A stretch of 30,915 bases of DNA from the IMG/VR virus record IMGVR_UViG_3300005611_000134, positions 1 through 30,915 of that record; one strand, written 5' to 3'. Within the stretch, counting starts at the first letter, position 1, and every line of letters begins with the position of its first letter. The notes below the pieces were generated by a model that saw only the letters and a list, made by a program, of their open reading frames with translations, ran no database searches and was not told where the DNA came from. Shown here one piece after another: positions 22,386-30,915 of this stretch. The position numbers were made by a program, and so were the translations under genes. The stretch comes from a virus. Lineage: Duplodnaviria > Caudoviricetes.

Positions 22386-24493
22386 TGAGGGTGCCACAGT
22401 ATAAAAGCGGTATACAACAAACAGCAGAAGTCGGCGGACAAAGGTTTACCGTTCAGGCGTCACCTGCTGCATCATCAGCGGCATTAGGTGCAGCTGTAGA
22501 CTTCACTAAGGTAGCAACGGGTATTGCTCTTGATTTCTATGAAAAAGAAAAGAAGATCCAAGATGAGTCTCAGATAACAGATCTTTCAAACGAGTATCGT
22601 TTAGGCGTTCAGGATTTATTTGAGCAATCAAAGCTGCAAGACCCTGAAGTACAGGACAGCTGGTTTAACGAAAACGAGAAAAGACTACGCGGTCAGATCA
22701 TAGGCAGGTCTGGCAACAGGCGCGTTCGTAATGCGCTTACCAACGATACAGACAATGTATATACATCTATATTCCCAACGGTTCGCAAGTTTGCTAATAC
22801 CAGAAGAATAGACAAGCGACTGGCTGGTGCCTTTGAAAAAGCGCAGTTGCTTATTAAAGATGCTGCCGACCCTAATAGCGCTGCTTTAAGAAACAGAGCC
22901 TACACAGAGCTTTTTGGCAATCCTGAGCTTGGTATTACTGGCCTATACGACCAGCTACAAGAAGAAAACTTGATTGGAGCTACCGATGCGCTTGAGCTAA
23001 TTACAAAAGCTAAGAATGAGGTTGCTAGGAATAAAGTCTTTGCAGAGTTTAACCAGCTAAGAACTATTGGCCAAAAGAACGCCTACATTCAGAACCTGCA
23101 AAAGAACATACCAGAAGGATTGGATAATGAAGAGGCAAGATCGCTTGCTAATTCACTGGGTGTTGAGGTGCGTAGGCAGCAGTCACAATACAACGCTGCG
23201 GTAAAAGGCGTTCGAGATTCAATCGAAAATGATATAAAGATTCTTGAGAGAGGCGGGGTTGTACCGCCAGAAAGAATTGACCTTCTTAGAAGGCAGGTAG
23301 GTGCTACAGGTGATGCTGTAGCAATAGCGCAACTTGAAAGATTTGAGATTCTAAACTCAGCGATTCAACAGACCAACGCTATGACCCCATCACAGATTAG
23401 GGATGAAGCGGCTAACTTACAGCTGGCTGGGATCAAAAATCAGGGAGGCGAGGGAGCAGATACAAACTTTGAGCTTGATGTTAGAGATGCGCTTAACAAA
23501 AAAGCAAATTATCTTGAAAGCGAGATAGAGAAAAACCCGCTTAATGCCGCAATAAACACCCGCTTGGTTGATGAGGTTCCGCCCTTAGACTTTACAAACG
23601 AAGAAGCAACAAACAAATCTCTTTATATGCGCTATCGCACAGATGATATTGTTTCGAATACATATGGCTTACCGCCAGGAAGTGCTTTTTTTAGGGCTGG
23701 TGAGGTAGAAGCGCTAACCAAAACATTGGCTGAATCAGATAACGCAACAAAGTTATCAATTCTTTCGAGCGTTGTTCAAAACTCAGGCAATAAAGCACCT
23801 GTTGTAATAGAATCTATATCAGACGAAGACGCATCTCTGGGGTATGCTGCTGTTCTTATAAAGAACGATAGACCTGGCACAGCTAATAAAGTCCTTAATG
23901 GCAAGGTAAAGAGGGAGCAACAAGAACCAACCATAGATAAAACAGGGTCATTAGACGCAGAGTTTTCCGAAATTGGTTCGGCATTTGCTTTCCAGCCAAA
24001 AGCCCGCGCTCAGGTTGTTGAGGCCGCAAAATCAATTTATGCAGAAGAAACTTTTGGCACCGAAAAATACACAAATTTTGATGAAGGTGTTTGGAAAACT
24101 TCTTTGCAAAAGGCTTCTGGAAAGCTTGGAAAGTTTGGGGGTGTTCAAGAAGTTTTTGATGCAAAAACAATAATCCCACCAACTCTTACATCAGATAGAA
24201 TTGAAGATGCTATTGAGAATATAGAAGATGATGAATTTATTAAGTTAGGCACAACAGCTCAAGATGCGCGTGTTGGCAACGTCAGTGAAGATATTGATAT
24301 TGATAAAGGCTTGATTGAGGAGGTTAGGGATGGAGACTTTAATCTTATAAATATAGGTGGCTCAGACTACGCTTTTTATAAGGGCGAGTATGGCACTAAT
24401 GACTTTAGGCTTCTGCAGGATACTAAGGGCAACAGCCTGGTTTTCAACATTGAAACACTTGTTGAAATTTACGAAGTAGAAAGAGGTCAATAA
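22385..24493 (+). CDS. Internal virion (ejection) protein, 702 aa
   Basis: MRVPQY N-terminus, long helical protein in the ejectosome position. Confidence 0.75.
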   Translation: MRVPQYKSGIQQTAEVGGQRFTVQASPAASSAALGAAVDFTKVATGIALDFYEKEKKIQDESQITDLSNEYRLGVQDLFEQSKLQDPEVQDSWFNENEKRLRGQIIGRSGNRRVRNALTNDTDNVYTSIFPTVRKFANTRRIDKRLAGAFEKAQLLIKDAADPNSAALRNRAYTELFGNPELGITGLYDQLQEENLIGATDALELITKAKNEVARNKVFAEFNQLRTIGQKNAYIQNLQKNIPEGLDNEEARSLANSLGVEVRRQQSQYNAAVKGVRDSIENDIKILERGGVVPPERIDLLRRQVGATGDAVAIAQLERFEILNSAIQQTNAMTPSQIRDEAANLQLAGIKNQGGEGADTNFELDVRDALNKKANYLESEIEKNPLNAAINTRLVDEVPPLDFTNEEATNKSLYMRYRTDDIVSNTYGLPPGSAFFRAGEVEALTKTLAESDNATKLSILSSVVQNSGNKAPVVIESISDEDASLGYAAVLIKNDRPGTANKVLNGKVKREQQEPTIDKTGSLDAEFSEIGSAFAFQPKARAQVVEAAKSIYAEETFGTEKYTNFDEGVWKTSLQKASGKLGKFGGVQEVFDAKTIIPPTLTSDRIEDAIENIEDDEFIKLGTTAQDARVGNVSEDIDIDKGLIEEVRDGDFNLINIGGSDYAFYKGEYGTNDFRLLQDTKGNSLVFNIETLVEIYEVERGQ

Positions 24494-26811
24494 TGTTTAA
24501 TCTTGATAAGATTGATCCTCTTACAATTCAAAGCCTCAACGGTGTTAGTAAGCCGCGACCAACCAGCATAGAAAATATAGCTGGAACCTACGAATCTATG
24601 CGTGCCCTAGACAACACGTCTTCCGAGACAGACTTGCTCAAGGAAGAATGGCAGTCGATTGTAGATAGGGTTAATGAAAACACAGAAGGAAGATTTTACA
24701 ACCCAGCCAACGACCTTGGTGGGGGCCTTATATCTGCGCCTATGACCCAAGGCACTGGGGCTGCTCGATATAATTATCAAACCCGAGAGATATTTAGACA
24801 CATTCAAAACAACGAAGACCTTTACCCAGACCTTATTGATCTTACCAACGAGTCAATCCTTGATCGCGTGAAACAACGCGCCCTTATGAAGAAGGAAGAT
24901 ATGGATGAGCTTGTTAATAGGTCTGAAGGAATACTTGATGACATCGAGCAATTTATTGGTGGCGTAGGTGCTGCCGCAACAGATCAGCTAAACCTTGAGC
25001 TTATACTTGTAAATCCACTCGCTGGTATAAACAACGCTGTGCGTAGATCCTTAACGGGGCTTTTGTTTAGAGAGGCTCTAATCGGCGCAGGTGCAGAGGC
25101 AATTACGCAAGTTGGTGTTAGGGACTGGTATAAGTCTCTTGGCCTAGAATATGAATGGAGTGACTTTTATCAGAATGTAGCAATTGGTGGCGCTTTTGGT
25201 GCGGGCGTACCGCTAACATTTAAGATTGCTGGTAAGACTGTAAACATTACAGCAGAACAGGCCAAGAAAGGCTACGATGCCATAAAGAAAAGCGGCTTTC
25301 ATAAAGGTAACAGGAAGTCTGAGACAATTGAGTCTGTTGTTGATGATCTTGAATACACAGAAAAATTAAACCCAATAAACGATCCTATTGAGCATCAAGC
25401 AAGGGTTGATAGGGCGCAGGCTGACATAGAATCTGGCAATGCACCAGCTATGCCAGACAACCCTAATTCTGGGTACAGGCTTAGGGATGTTGATGAAGTT
25501 GATAATCTTGATGGTGTGGTCACAAAGTTTGACCCAGACAAGGTTGAGGTGGATGCCAAGCTCTTTCAGTTTAAGGAGGGTGGCGACGAATTTGGTGTAA
25601 CAGAGCGTTTGCGCGGTGTTGAACAGTGGGATCCTGTAAAATCTGGGCAAGTGGTTGTCTATGAATTTGCTGATGGAAGACAGTTTATAGCAGACGGACA
25701 CCAGCGGCTTGCACTTGCCAAAAGGATTAAGGCACAAGACCCAGAGCAAAAGGTCAACCTTTATGGTACAAGGCTTCGCGAGGTTGATGGGGTAACACCA
25801 GAGCAAGCGCGTGTTGTGGCTGCTGTTAAGAATATCGCAGAAGGCACAGGTAGTGCTGTTGATGCCGCAAAAATACTTCGTATTTCACCAGAACGAGCTG
25901 GTGAGTTACCACCAAGATCATCTCTTGTCCGTCAGGCGCAGGATCTTACAGCCTTAGACGACGAGCTGTTTATGATGGTTGTAAACGGTAACGTAAAAGC
26001 CAACTATGCGGCTATTGTTGGTAGGCTTATACCAGAAGATGTTGACCTTCAGGGCGCTGCAATGCAGGTGTTAGCCAAATCCTCACCAGCAAACGAGTTT
26101 CAGGCAGAAGCAATTGTGCGTCAAATTCGTGAGTCTGGTGTAGAGCAGATGACGCAAACAACATTGTTTGGCGATGAGATGATTGCTGAGTCCTTGTTCT
26201 TTGAGCGTGCCAATATCTTGGATAGGGCGCAAAAAGAGATACGCAAAGACAGGGCAACATTTTTAACCTTAAGTAATCAGGCCGACCGCGTCGAGGTGGA
26301 AGGCAATAAGCTTGTAAAAGAAGCAAACCTTAAGCGCGCAGATGATGATGCAATGGCGCTTGCTGTGTTACAATCTGAAGCCAATAGAAAAGGAGCATTA
26401 TCTGATGCGCTCACCAACGCGGCAAGAGAAGCGAAGCAAACAGGAAACTTCGCAGCAGCAACAAGGGGATTCCTTGATGCTGTCAGAACAGCAAATGAGT
26501 CAGGCGATTTCGCAAGGGCAGATGTTGGCGATGCTGGGCGCGCTATCGACTTTGCAGAGGAAACAAGCAAGGGGCAGGCAGAAATTAATGTCGAAGAGTT
26601 CGATGAGCCAGGCGGAGCAGGAGTAAAAAGACAAGCGGATCAGGCAGAGCTTGATATAGAAACTGACGGCTTGCCCGATGATACAGAGGTGCCAACGTCA
26701 TTTTTTGAAGGTGAGTTTGAAACAACAAAGGTTCAAACAATTGGCGAACTAAAAGAAGAGTTTGCACAAGATCAGCGTATGCTTGAACGCCTGAGAGGTT
26801 GCGTAAAATGA
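24493..26811 (+). CDS. Internal virion (ejection) protein with a central ParB/Srx-like domain, 772 aa
   Basis: Gly/Ala-rich hydrophobic segments; FQFK...GVT..L.GV..WDP..SG.VVVY...GRQFIADGHQR ParB-like core. Confidence 0.78.
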   Translation: MFNLDKIDPLTIQSLNGVSKPRPTSIENIAGTYESMRALDNTSSETDLLKEEWQSIVDRVNENTEGRFYNPANDLGGGLISAPMTQGTGAARYNYQTREIFRHIQNNEDLYPDLIDLTNESILDRVKQRALMKKEDMDELVNRSEGILDDIEQFIGGVGAAATDQLNLELILVNPLAGINNAVRRSLTGLLFREALIGAGAEAITQVGVRDWYKSLGLEYEWSDFYQNVAIGGAFGAGVPLTFKIAGKTVNITAEQAKKGYDAIKKSGFHKGNRKSETIESVVDDLEYTEKLNPINDPIEHQARVDRAQADIESGNAPAMPDNPNSGYRLRDVDEVDNLDGVVTKFDPDKVEVDAKLFQFKEGGDEFGVTERLRGVEQWDPVKSGQVVVYEFADGRQFIADGHQRLALAKRIKAQDPEQKVNLYGTRLREVDGVTPEQARVVAAVKNIAEGTGSAVDAAKILRISPERAGELPPRSSLVRQAQDLTALDDELFMMVVNGNVKANYAAIVGRLIPEDVDLQGAAMQVLAKSSPANEFQAEAIVRQIRESGVEQMTQTTLFGDEMIAESLFFERANILDRAQKEIRKDRATFLTLSNQADRVEVEGNKLVKEANLKRADDDAMALAVLQSEANRKGALSDALTNAAREAKQTGNFAAATRGFLDAVRTANESGDFARADVGDAGRAIDFAEETSKGQAEINVEEFDEPGGAGVKRQADQAELDIETDGLPDDTEVPTSFFEGEFETTKVQTIGELKEEFAQDQRMLERLRGCVK

Positions 26812-29279
26812 GCTTAGACAAATGTATTGATAACGCTGAAGCTGAGGGCACGATCACTAAAGATCAGGCCGATACTGCGCGCAACACCTATCAAGATCTT
26901 TTTAACGAGTATCGCAAATCTATGTCTGAAGAGGCAGCGGCTGCGAAGGCTGCACGAGACTCTTTTAACGCCGTAGAGCAGGAAGTTATTGAGCGCAAAA
27001 GGCAAAAGCTTTTACAAGCACGGGCAACGCAAAGAATCATTAACGATATTGAAAGCTACACAACACCTTTGGGAACAACTGACCCCTACAAGGGCGCTGT
27101 TGCTTTGATGGAGCAGGATGTAAACTCAAGATACTCAAGCATTGCTCAAAGACAACAGGCTGTCCAACAGGTGGCTTTGGCTAAGATGAATGAGTTTCTT
27201 GCCACATTTAAAAGAAATCTTGTTGGCAGCGTGAGAAACAAGGCAACGCTTGATAACGTGGTGCGCGAGATATTTGGGCAGAAAACGGGAGATGGCGCTG
27301 CTTCAGAGCTTGCTCAGGCTTGGTCAAAGTCCTCCGAATATTTGCGCAAAAGGCATAATTCTGCTGGCGGCAGAATACCTAAGCGTCAGGACTGGGGATT
27401 GCCACAGTTTCACGACACATTGTCTGTTCGCAAGGCTGACCCAGAAGAGTGGATTAACTTTATTTTGCCACGGCTTGATACCAACAAGATGCTTGATGAG
27501 GTTAGTGGCCTGCCCTTTTCCCCAGAAGGTTTAAGACTTGCACTACGCGATGTTTACGAAACCATAGCCACAGAAGGTTTTAACAAATTTGAGCCTAGCG
27601 GTGTAAGGCGCGGTAAGTCGCTGGCAAATAGGCGTACAGACCACCGTTTTCTGGTCTTCAAAGATCCTGATGCTTGGATTGAGTATCAGAAAAAGTTTGG
27701 CAATCCCAACGCCTTTGACGTGATGATAGGTCACATAACTTCTATGAGCAGAGACATTGCCCAAATGGAGATTCTTGGGCCAAACCCAAACGCTTCTATT
27801 AGCTATCTTGAAGGGTATTTAGCTAAGAAGGCGGGTTTAGAAAAAACAACACAAGCAAGGGATCGGGCAAACAGTGCAGCACGCCAAATGAAGCTGGTGT
27901 ATAACGCGGTTTCTGGCCGCGATGATTCACCAGTAAACACAAGGCTTGGCGCAACATTTGCTGGCTTGAGAAACACACTGACTGCAGCGCAGCTTGGGGC
28001 CGCATCTTTGGCTGCTACAACCGATTTTAATTTCCAAAGGATTGCTAGGGCATCTTCTGGTTTGCCGCAAACTAGCACGTTAAAGCAATATCTAGATTTT
28101 CTATCGCCACTTTCTGCTACAGAGAAGGGTAAGATTGCTGTTAGGCTCGGTCTTATATCTGAAGGGTGGACCTCAATCGCATCATCACAAATGCGCTACC
28201 TTGGTGAAGTAAGTGGCCCAGAAATAACCAGAAGAATTGCAGACTCTATTCTTCGCATATCTTTGCTATCGCCATTTACGCAAGCTGGCAGGTGGGCTTT
28301 TGGTATGGAGTTTTTAGGCACAATGGCAGATAACGTTGGTAAGGGGTTTGACGACCTTGACCCAGCTTTTCGCAACACTATGCAAAAATACGGCATAACA
28401 GAATCGCAGTGGGATGTTATCAGGAACACGCCTTTGTATGAGTATGAGGGCGCGACTTTTTTCAGTGTAGAAAACTTAGAATACAGAACGGATATAGACG
28501 CTGGTGCTGCTCGTGATCTTTCAACACGGGTGCTTGAAATGATTACCACAGAAACAAACTTTGCTGTTCCATCTACATCATACAGGGGCAGAGTTGCTCT
28601 TACTGGTGAAACAAGGCCAGGCACAGTTTCAGGAGAGTTACTTAGAAGTTTTGCTATGTACAAGAACTTTGGTGTTACACTTTTGAACACGCACCTTATG
28701 CGTGGTGTGATGATGCCAGGGAAGAAAGCCAAAACCAAATATCTTGCTGATCTTGTTATTTCTACAACTATTATGGGTGCGTTTGCCCTTCAGCTGAAAG
28801 AAATATCTAAAGGGCGCGATCCACGCGAAATGCAGGGCGCTGGTTTCTGGGGTGCTGCAATGTTGCAGGGTGGTGGGCTTGGTATCTTTGGTGACTTCTT
28901 CTTCTCAGACCTGAACAGGTTTGGTGGTGGTCTTGCTGAAACCTTGGCTGGGCCAGTTGCTGGGTTTGCAAATGATGTTCGAAAGCTAACGCTTGGAAAT
29001 ATTCAGGAAGCAGCGCTTGGAGAGGATACCAATATAGCTGGTGAGATGATAAACTTTGCATCACGCTACACACCTGGGGCATCTTTGTGGTATGCTAGAC
29101 TTGCTTTTGAGAGAACAATTGTTGATCAAGCGCTCTTGTATGCTGACCCCAAGGCAAGAAGCAAAATGCGCAGGTTAGAGACTAGGTATAGGAATGAGTT
29201 TGGTCAAAGGTATTGGTGGAAGCCTGGTAGCAAAGAACCAGAGCGAGCTCCAGATTTAGAGAAGGCTATTGGCGAATGA
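26808..29279 (+). CDS. Large internal virion (ejection) protein, about 823 aa
   Basis: ATGA overlap at 26808 (MSLDKCI); DWGLPQFHD, R.LVFKD.DAW.EY, ILGPNP, KGRDP, LQGGGLGIFGDF, YWW.PG motifs of BPP-1-like core proteins. Confidence 0.85.
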   Translation: MSLDKCIDNAEAEGTITKDQADTARNTYQDLFNEYRKSMSEEAAAAKAARDSFNAVEQEVIERKRQKLLQARATQRIINDIESYTTPLGTTDPYKGAVALMEQDVNSRYSSIAQRQQAVQQVALAKMNEFLATFKRNLVGSVRNKATLDNVVREIFGQKTGDGAASELAQAWSKSSEYLRKRHNSAGGRIPKRQDWGLPQFHDTLSVRKADPEEWINFILPRLDTNKMLDEVSGLPFSPEGLRLALRDVYETIATEGFNKFEPSGVRRGKSLANRRTDHRFLVFKDPDAWIEYQKKFGNPNAFDVMIGHITSMSRDIAQMEILGPNPNASISYLEGYLAKKAGLEKTTQARDRANSAARQMKLVYNAVSGRDDSPVNTRLGATFAGLRNTLTAAQLGAASLAATTDFNFQRIARASSGLPQTSTLKQYLDFLSPLSATEKGKIAVRLGLISEGWTSIASSQMRYLGEVSGPEITRRIADSILRISLLSPFTQAGRWAFGMEFLGTMADNVGKGFDDLDPAFRNTMQKYGITESQWDVIRNTPLYEYEGATFFSVENLEYRTDIDAGAARDLSTRVLEMITTETNFAVPSTSYRGRVALTGETRPGTVSGELLRSFAMYKNFGVTLLNTHLMRGVMMPGKKAKTKYLADLVISTTIMGAFALQLKEISKGRDPREMQGAGFWGAAMLQGGGLGIFGDFFFSDLNRFGGGLAETLAGPVAGFANDVRKLTLGNIQEAALGEDTNIAGEMINFASRYTPGASLWYARLAFERTIVDQALLYADPKARSKMRRLETRYRNEFGQRYWWKPGSKEPERAPDLEKAIGE

Positions 29280-30874
29280 CGATTTCGACAACCACAAATA
29301 AGGTTAGCTATAGCGGTAATGGCAGCACCACCACGTTTGCCTATACGTTTAAGATCTTTGCCGATGGCGATCTTAACGTGTTCATTCGTACAGCAGCTGG
29401 CACAGAGACGCTACAGACGCTGACCACCGACTATACCGTTACCAATGCTGGCAACAACAGCGGCGGTAATGTTGTGTTTGGTACTGCACCAGCAGCTACA
29501 GAAACTGTGGTTATCCAGCGTGTTCTCGACCTAACGCAAGAAACAGACTACGTTGCCAACGACCCCTTCCCAGCAGAATCACACGAAGAAGCACTTGACC
29601 GACTAACGATGGTAACACAGCAGATCCAAGAAGAGCTGGATCGCTCCATCAAGGCATCTGTTACCAACACCATCTCAACCACAGAGTTTGCTATCTCTGC
29701 TGCTGATCGTGCCAACAAAGTGTTTGCTTTTGATGGTAGCGGCGACATCAGCGTGACGCAGGAGATCGGCACGTTCAAGGGTAACTGGACAACGGCCACA
29801 GACTTTGTGTCTCGTGATATTGTCAAGGACAGCACCAACAACAACGTGTACATCGCCAACACTGCACATACGTCCACAGGCTCCCTTCCCATCTCAAGCA
29901 ACGCAGATGTAGCCAAGTGGGATCTTATCGTGGATGCTGCTTCTGCAACGGCATCTGCTAGTGCTGCATCAAGCTCCGCAAGTGCTGCTGCTTCTAGCGC
30001 CACAGATGCAGAGACAGCACAGACAGCGGCAGAGGCTGCACAATCTGCTGCAGAGAGCGCACAAACGGCTGCAGAGTCTGCGCAATCATCCACAGAAACC
30101 TTGTATGATAACTTTGATGATCGCTATCTTGGCGCTAAGGCAAGTGACCCAGCCACAGATAATGATGGTGGCGCGCTGATTACTGGTGCTCTGTACTTCA
30201 ACACCACTAGCGGTATGAAGGTCTATGATGGTGCTGCTTGGGATGACGTAAAGCCAAGCGCAGCAGAGCAGACAAACATCGACACTGTCGCAGGCATCAG
30301 CGCAAACGTCACCACAGTTGCTGGGATTAGCGCCAACGTCACCACGGTAGCTGGGATTAGTTCTGATGTGACTACGGTTGCGGGCATCGGCTCAGACGTA
30401 ACTGCTGTTGCGGCAGATGCCACAGACATCGGCACAGTGGCCACGAGCATTGCAAACGTAAACACAGTAGGTGGCAACATCTCAAGCGTAAATGCGGTGG
30501 CTGCGATTGATAGCGATGTGACAGCTGTGGCTGGTGATGCGGTAGATATTGGAACCGTAGCTGGGATTGCTGCAAACGTCACCACCGTGGCTGGCGTAAG
30601 CGCCAACGTGACAACAGTAGCTGGGATCAGCGCAGATGTAACGACTGTTGCAGGCGACAGCGCAGACATCCAGCTTCTTGCTGACAACATCGGCACGATT
30701 GCTTCAAAAGCAAATGCAGGTGCTAACTCCGATATTACTTCACTTTCTGGCCTTACTACGGCATTATCTGTAGCACAAGGCGGTACTGGTGCTGACAACG
30801 CTGCTGACGCAAGAACCAATCTTGGTGTGGATGCAGCAGGGACAGCAGTCGCTTTATCAATTGCATTGGGATAA
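29276..30874 (+). CDS. Tail fibre protein with T7 gp17-like N-terminal anchor
   Basis: YSGNGSTTTFAYTFKI, DPFPAESHEEALDRLT, Ala/Ser coiled coil, FDDRYLG...GALYFNT, decad repeats, GGTGA...ARTNLG, ends SIALG. Confidence 0.92.
   Translation: MTISTTTNKVSYSGNGSTTTFAYTFKIFADGDLNVFIRTAAGTETLQTLTTDYTVTNAGNNSGGNVVFGTAPAATETVVIQRVLDLTQETDYVANDPFPAESHEEALDRLTMVTQQIQEELDRSIKASVTNTISTTEFAISAADRANKVFAFDGSGDISVTQEIGTFKGNWTTATDFVSRDIVKDSTNNNVYIANTAHTSTGSLPISSNADVAKWDLIVDAASATASASAASSSASAAASSATDAETAQTAAEAAQSAAESAQTAAESAQSSTETLYDNFDDRYLGAKASDPATDNDGGALITGALYFNTTSGMKVYDGAAWDDVKPSAAEQTNIDTVAGISANVTTVAGISANVTTVAGISSDVTTVAGIGSDVTAVAADATDIGTVATSIANVNTVGGNISSVNAVAAIDSDVTAVAGDAVDIGTVAGIAANVTTVAGVSANVTTVAGISADVTTVAGDSADIQLLADNIGTIASKANAGANSDITSLSGLTTALSVAQGGTGADNAADARTNLGVDAAGTAVALSIALG
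30275..30694 (+). repeat. About 14 tandem 30-nt (10-aa) coding repeats, consensus NVTTVAGISA
   Basis: NIDTVAGISA/NVTTVAGISA/NVTTVAGISS/DVTTVAGIGS/.../DIQLLADNIG. Confidence 0.9.
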
Positions 30875-30877
30875 ATT

Positions 30878-30915
30878 ATGGCAAACGATTTTAAAGTAGT
30901 AACAGACACGGCAGT
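30878..30915 (+). CDS. Start of the next tail-associated protein (MANDFKVVTDTA..., truncated by window end)
   Basis: ATG 3 nt after the tail-fibre stop; MANxFK starts commonly follow ...IALG-ending fibres. Confidence 0.6.
   Translation, partial: MANDFKVVTDTA

Larger units (their letters stand above)
1..30915. mobile_element. Podovirus-type bacteriophage genome segment (probably near complete; BPP-1/HTVC010P-like virion module)
   Basis: Terminase, head-tail connector portal, scaffold, capsid, T7-like tail tubes A/B, ejection proteins, tail fibre, holin and amidase; dense overlapping genes; no host housekeeping genes. Confidence 0.97.

Noticed and set aside
30275-30694. Possible CRISPR array or DGR template/variable repeat (given BPP-1-like genes)
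   Set aside because: In-frame coding repeats without unique spacers; no reverse transcriptase and no adenine-specific repeat pair seen in the window
30223-30909. Long antisense ORFs (also 1132-1668, 1986-2453, 20285-20824, 28196-28738, 29548-30093)
   Set aside because: Shadows of well-supported + strand genes; no RBS or family motifs
1-30915. tRNA, rRNA, integrase, spanin genes
   Set aside because: No cloverleaf, tyrosine/serine recombinase motifs or clear lipobox spanin pair recognised by eye; they may lie outside the window or be too divergent

Overview
Nearly the whole genome of a tailed dsDNA podophage with a BPP-1/HTVC010P-style head and tail module. The host is probably a marine proteobacterium; an alphaproteobacterium is my inference. 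Gene order: end of the late operon (3TM holin, T7-type amidase, a cluster of tiny very basic proteins, a half lysozyme; 1-2801, +); a leftward recombination operon (PD-(D/E)XK nuclease, ERF, SSB-tailed protein; 2804-6445); a rightward Cro-like/VRR-NUC/nuclease operon with a repeat-rich candidate origin (6539-8600); a leftward early operon headed by a Gp88-like protein (8515-10454); then terS, terL, three paralogous Pro-rich MG...LLG proteins with a GNAT, portal, Bbp19-like, scaffold, major capsid, decoration, tail tubes A/B, a second GNAT, four ejection proteins (one with a ParB/Srx domain) and a tail fibre (10629-30915, +). I recognise no integrase, CI, DNA polymerase, primase or helicase. 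The most striking signals are non-coding: (1) a dif-like XerC/XerD site between terS and terL; (2) tandem NrdR-box-like operators 31 bp apart on the predicted terS/late promoter; (3) the same asymmetric RNA internal loop (G-RYAR-Y / R-Y-C) four times, twice at the scaffold start and twice in the capsid leader. Together they suggest a minimal phage that borrows host Xer recombination and nucleotide sensing and controls capsid stoichiometry at the RNA level. All family calls come from motif recognition by eye; no searches were run.
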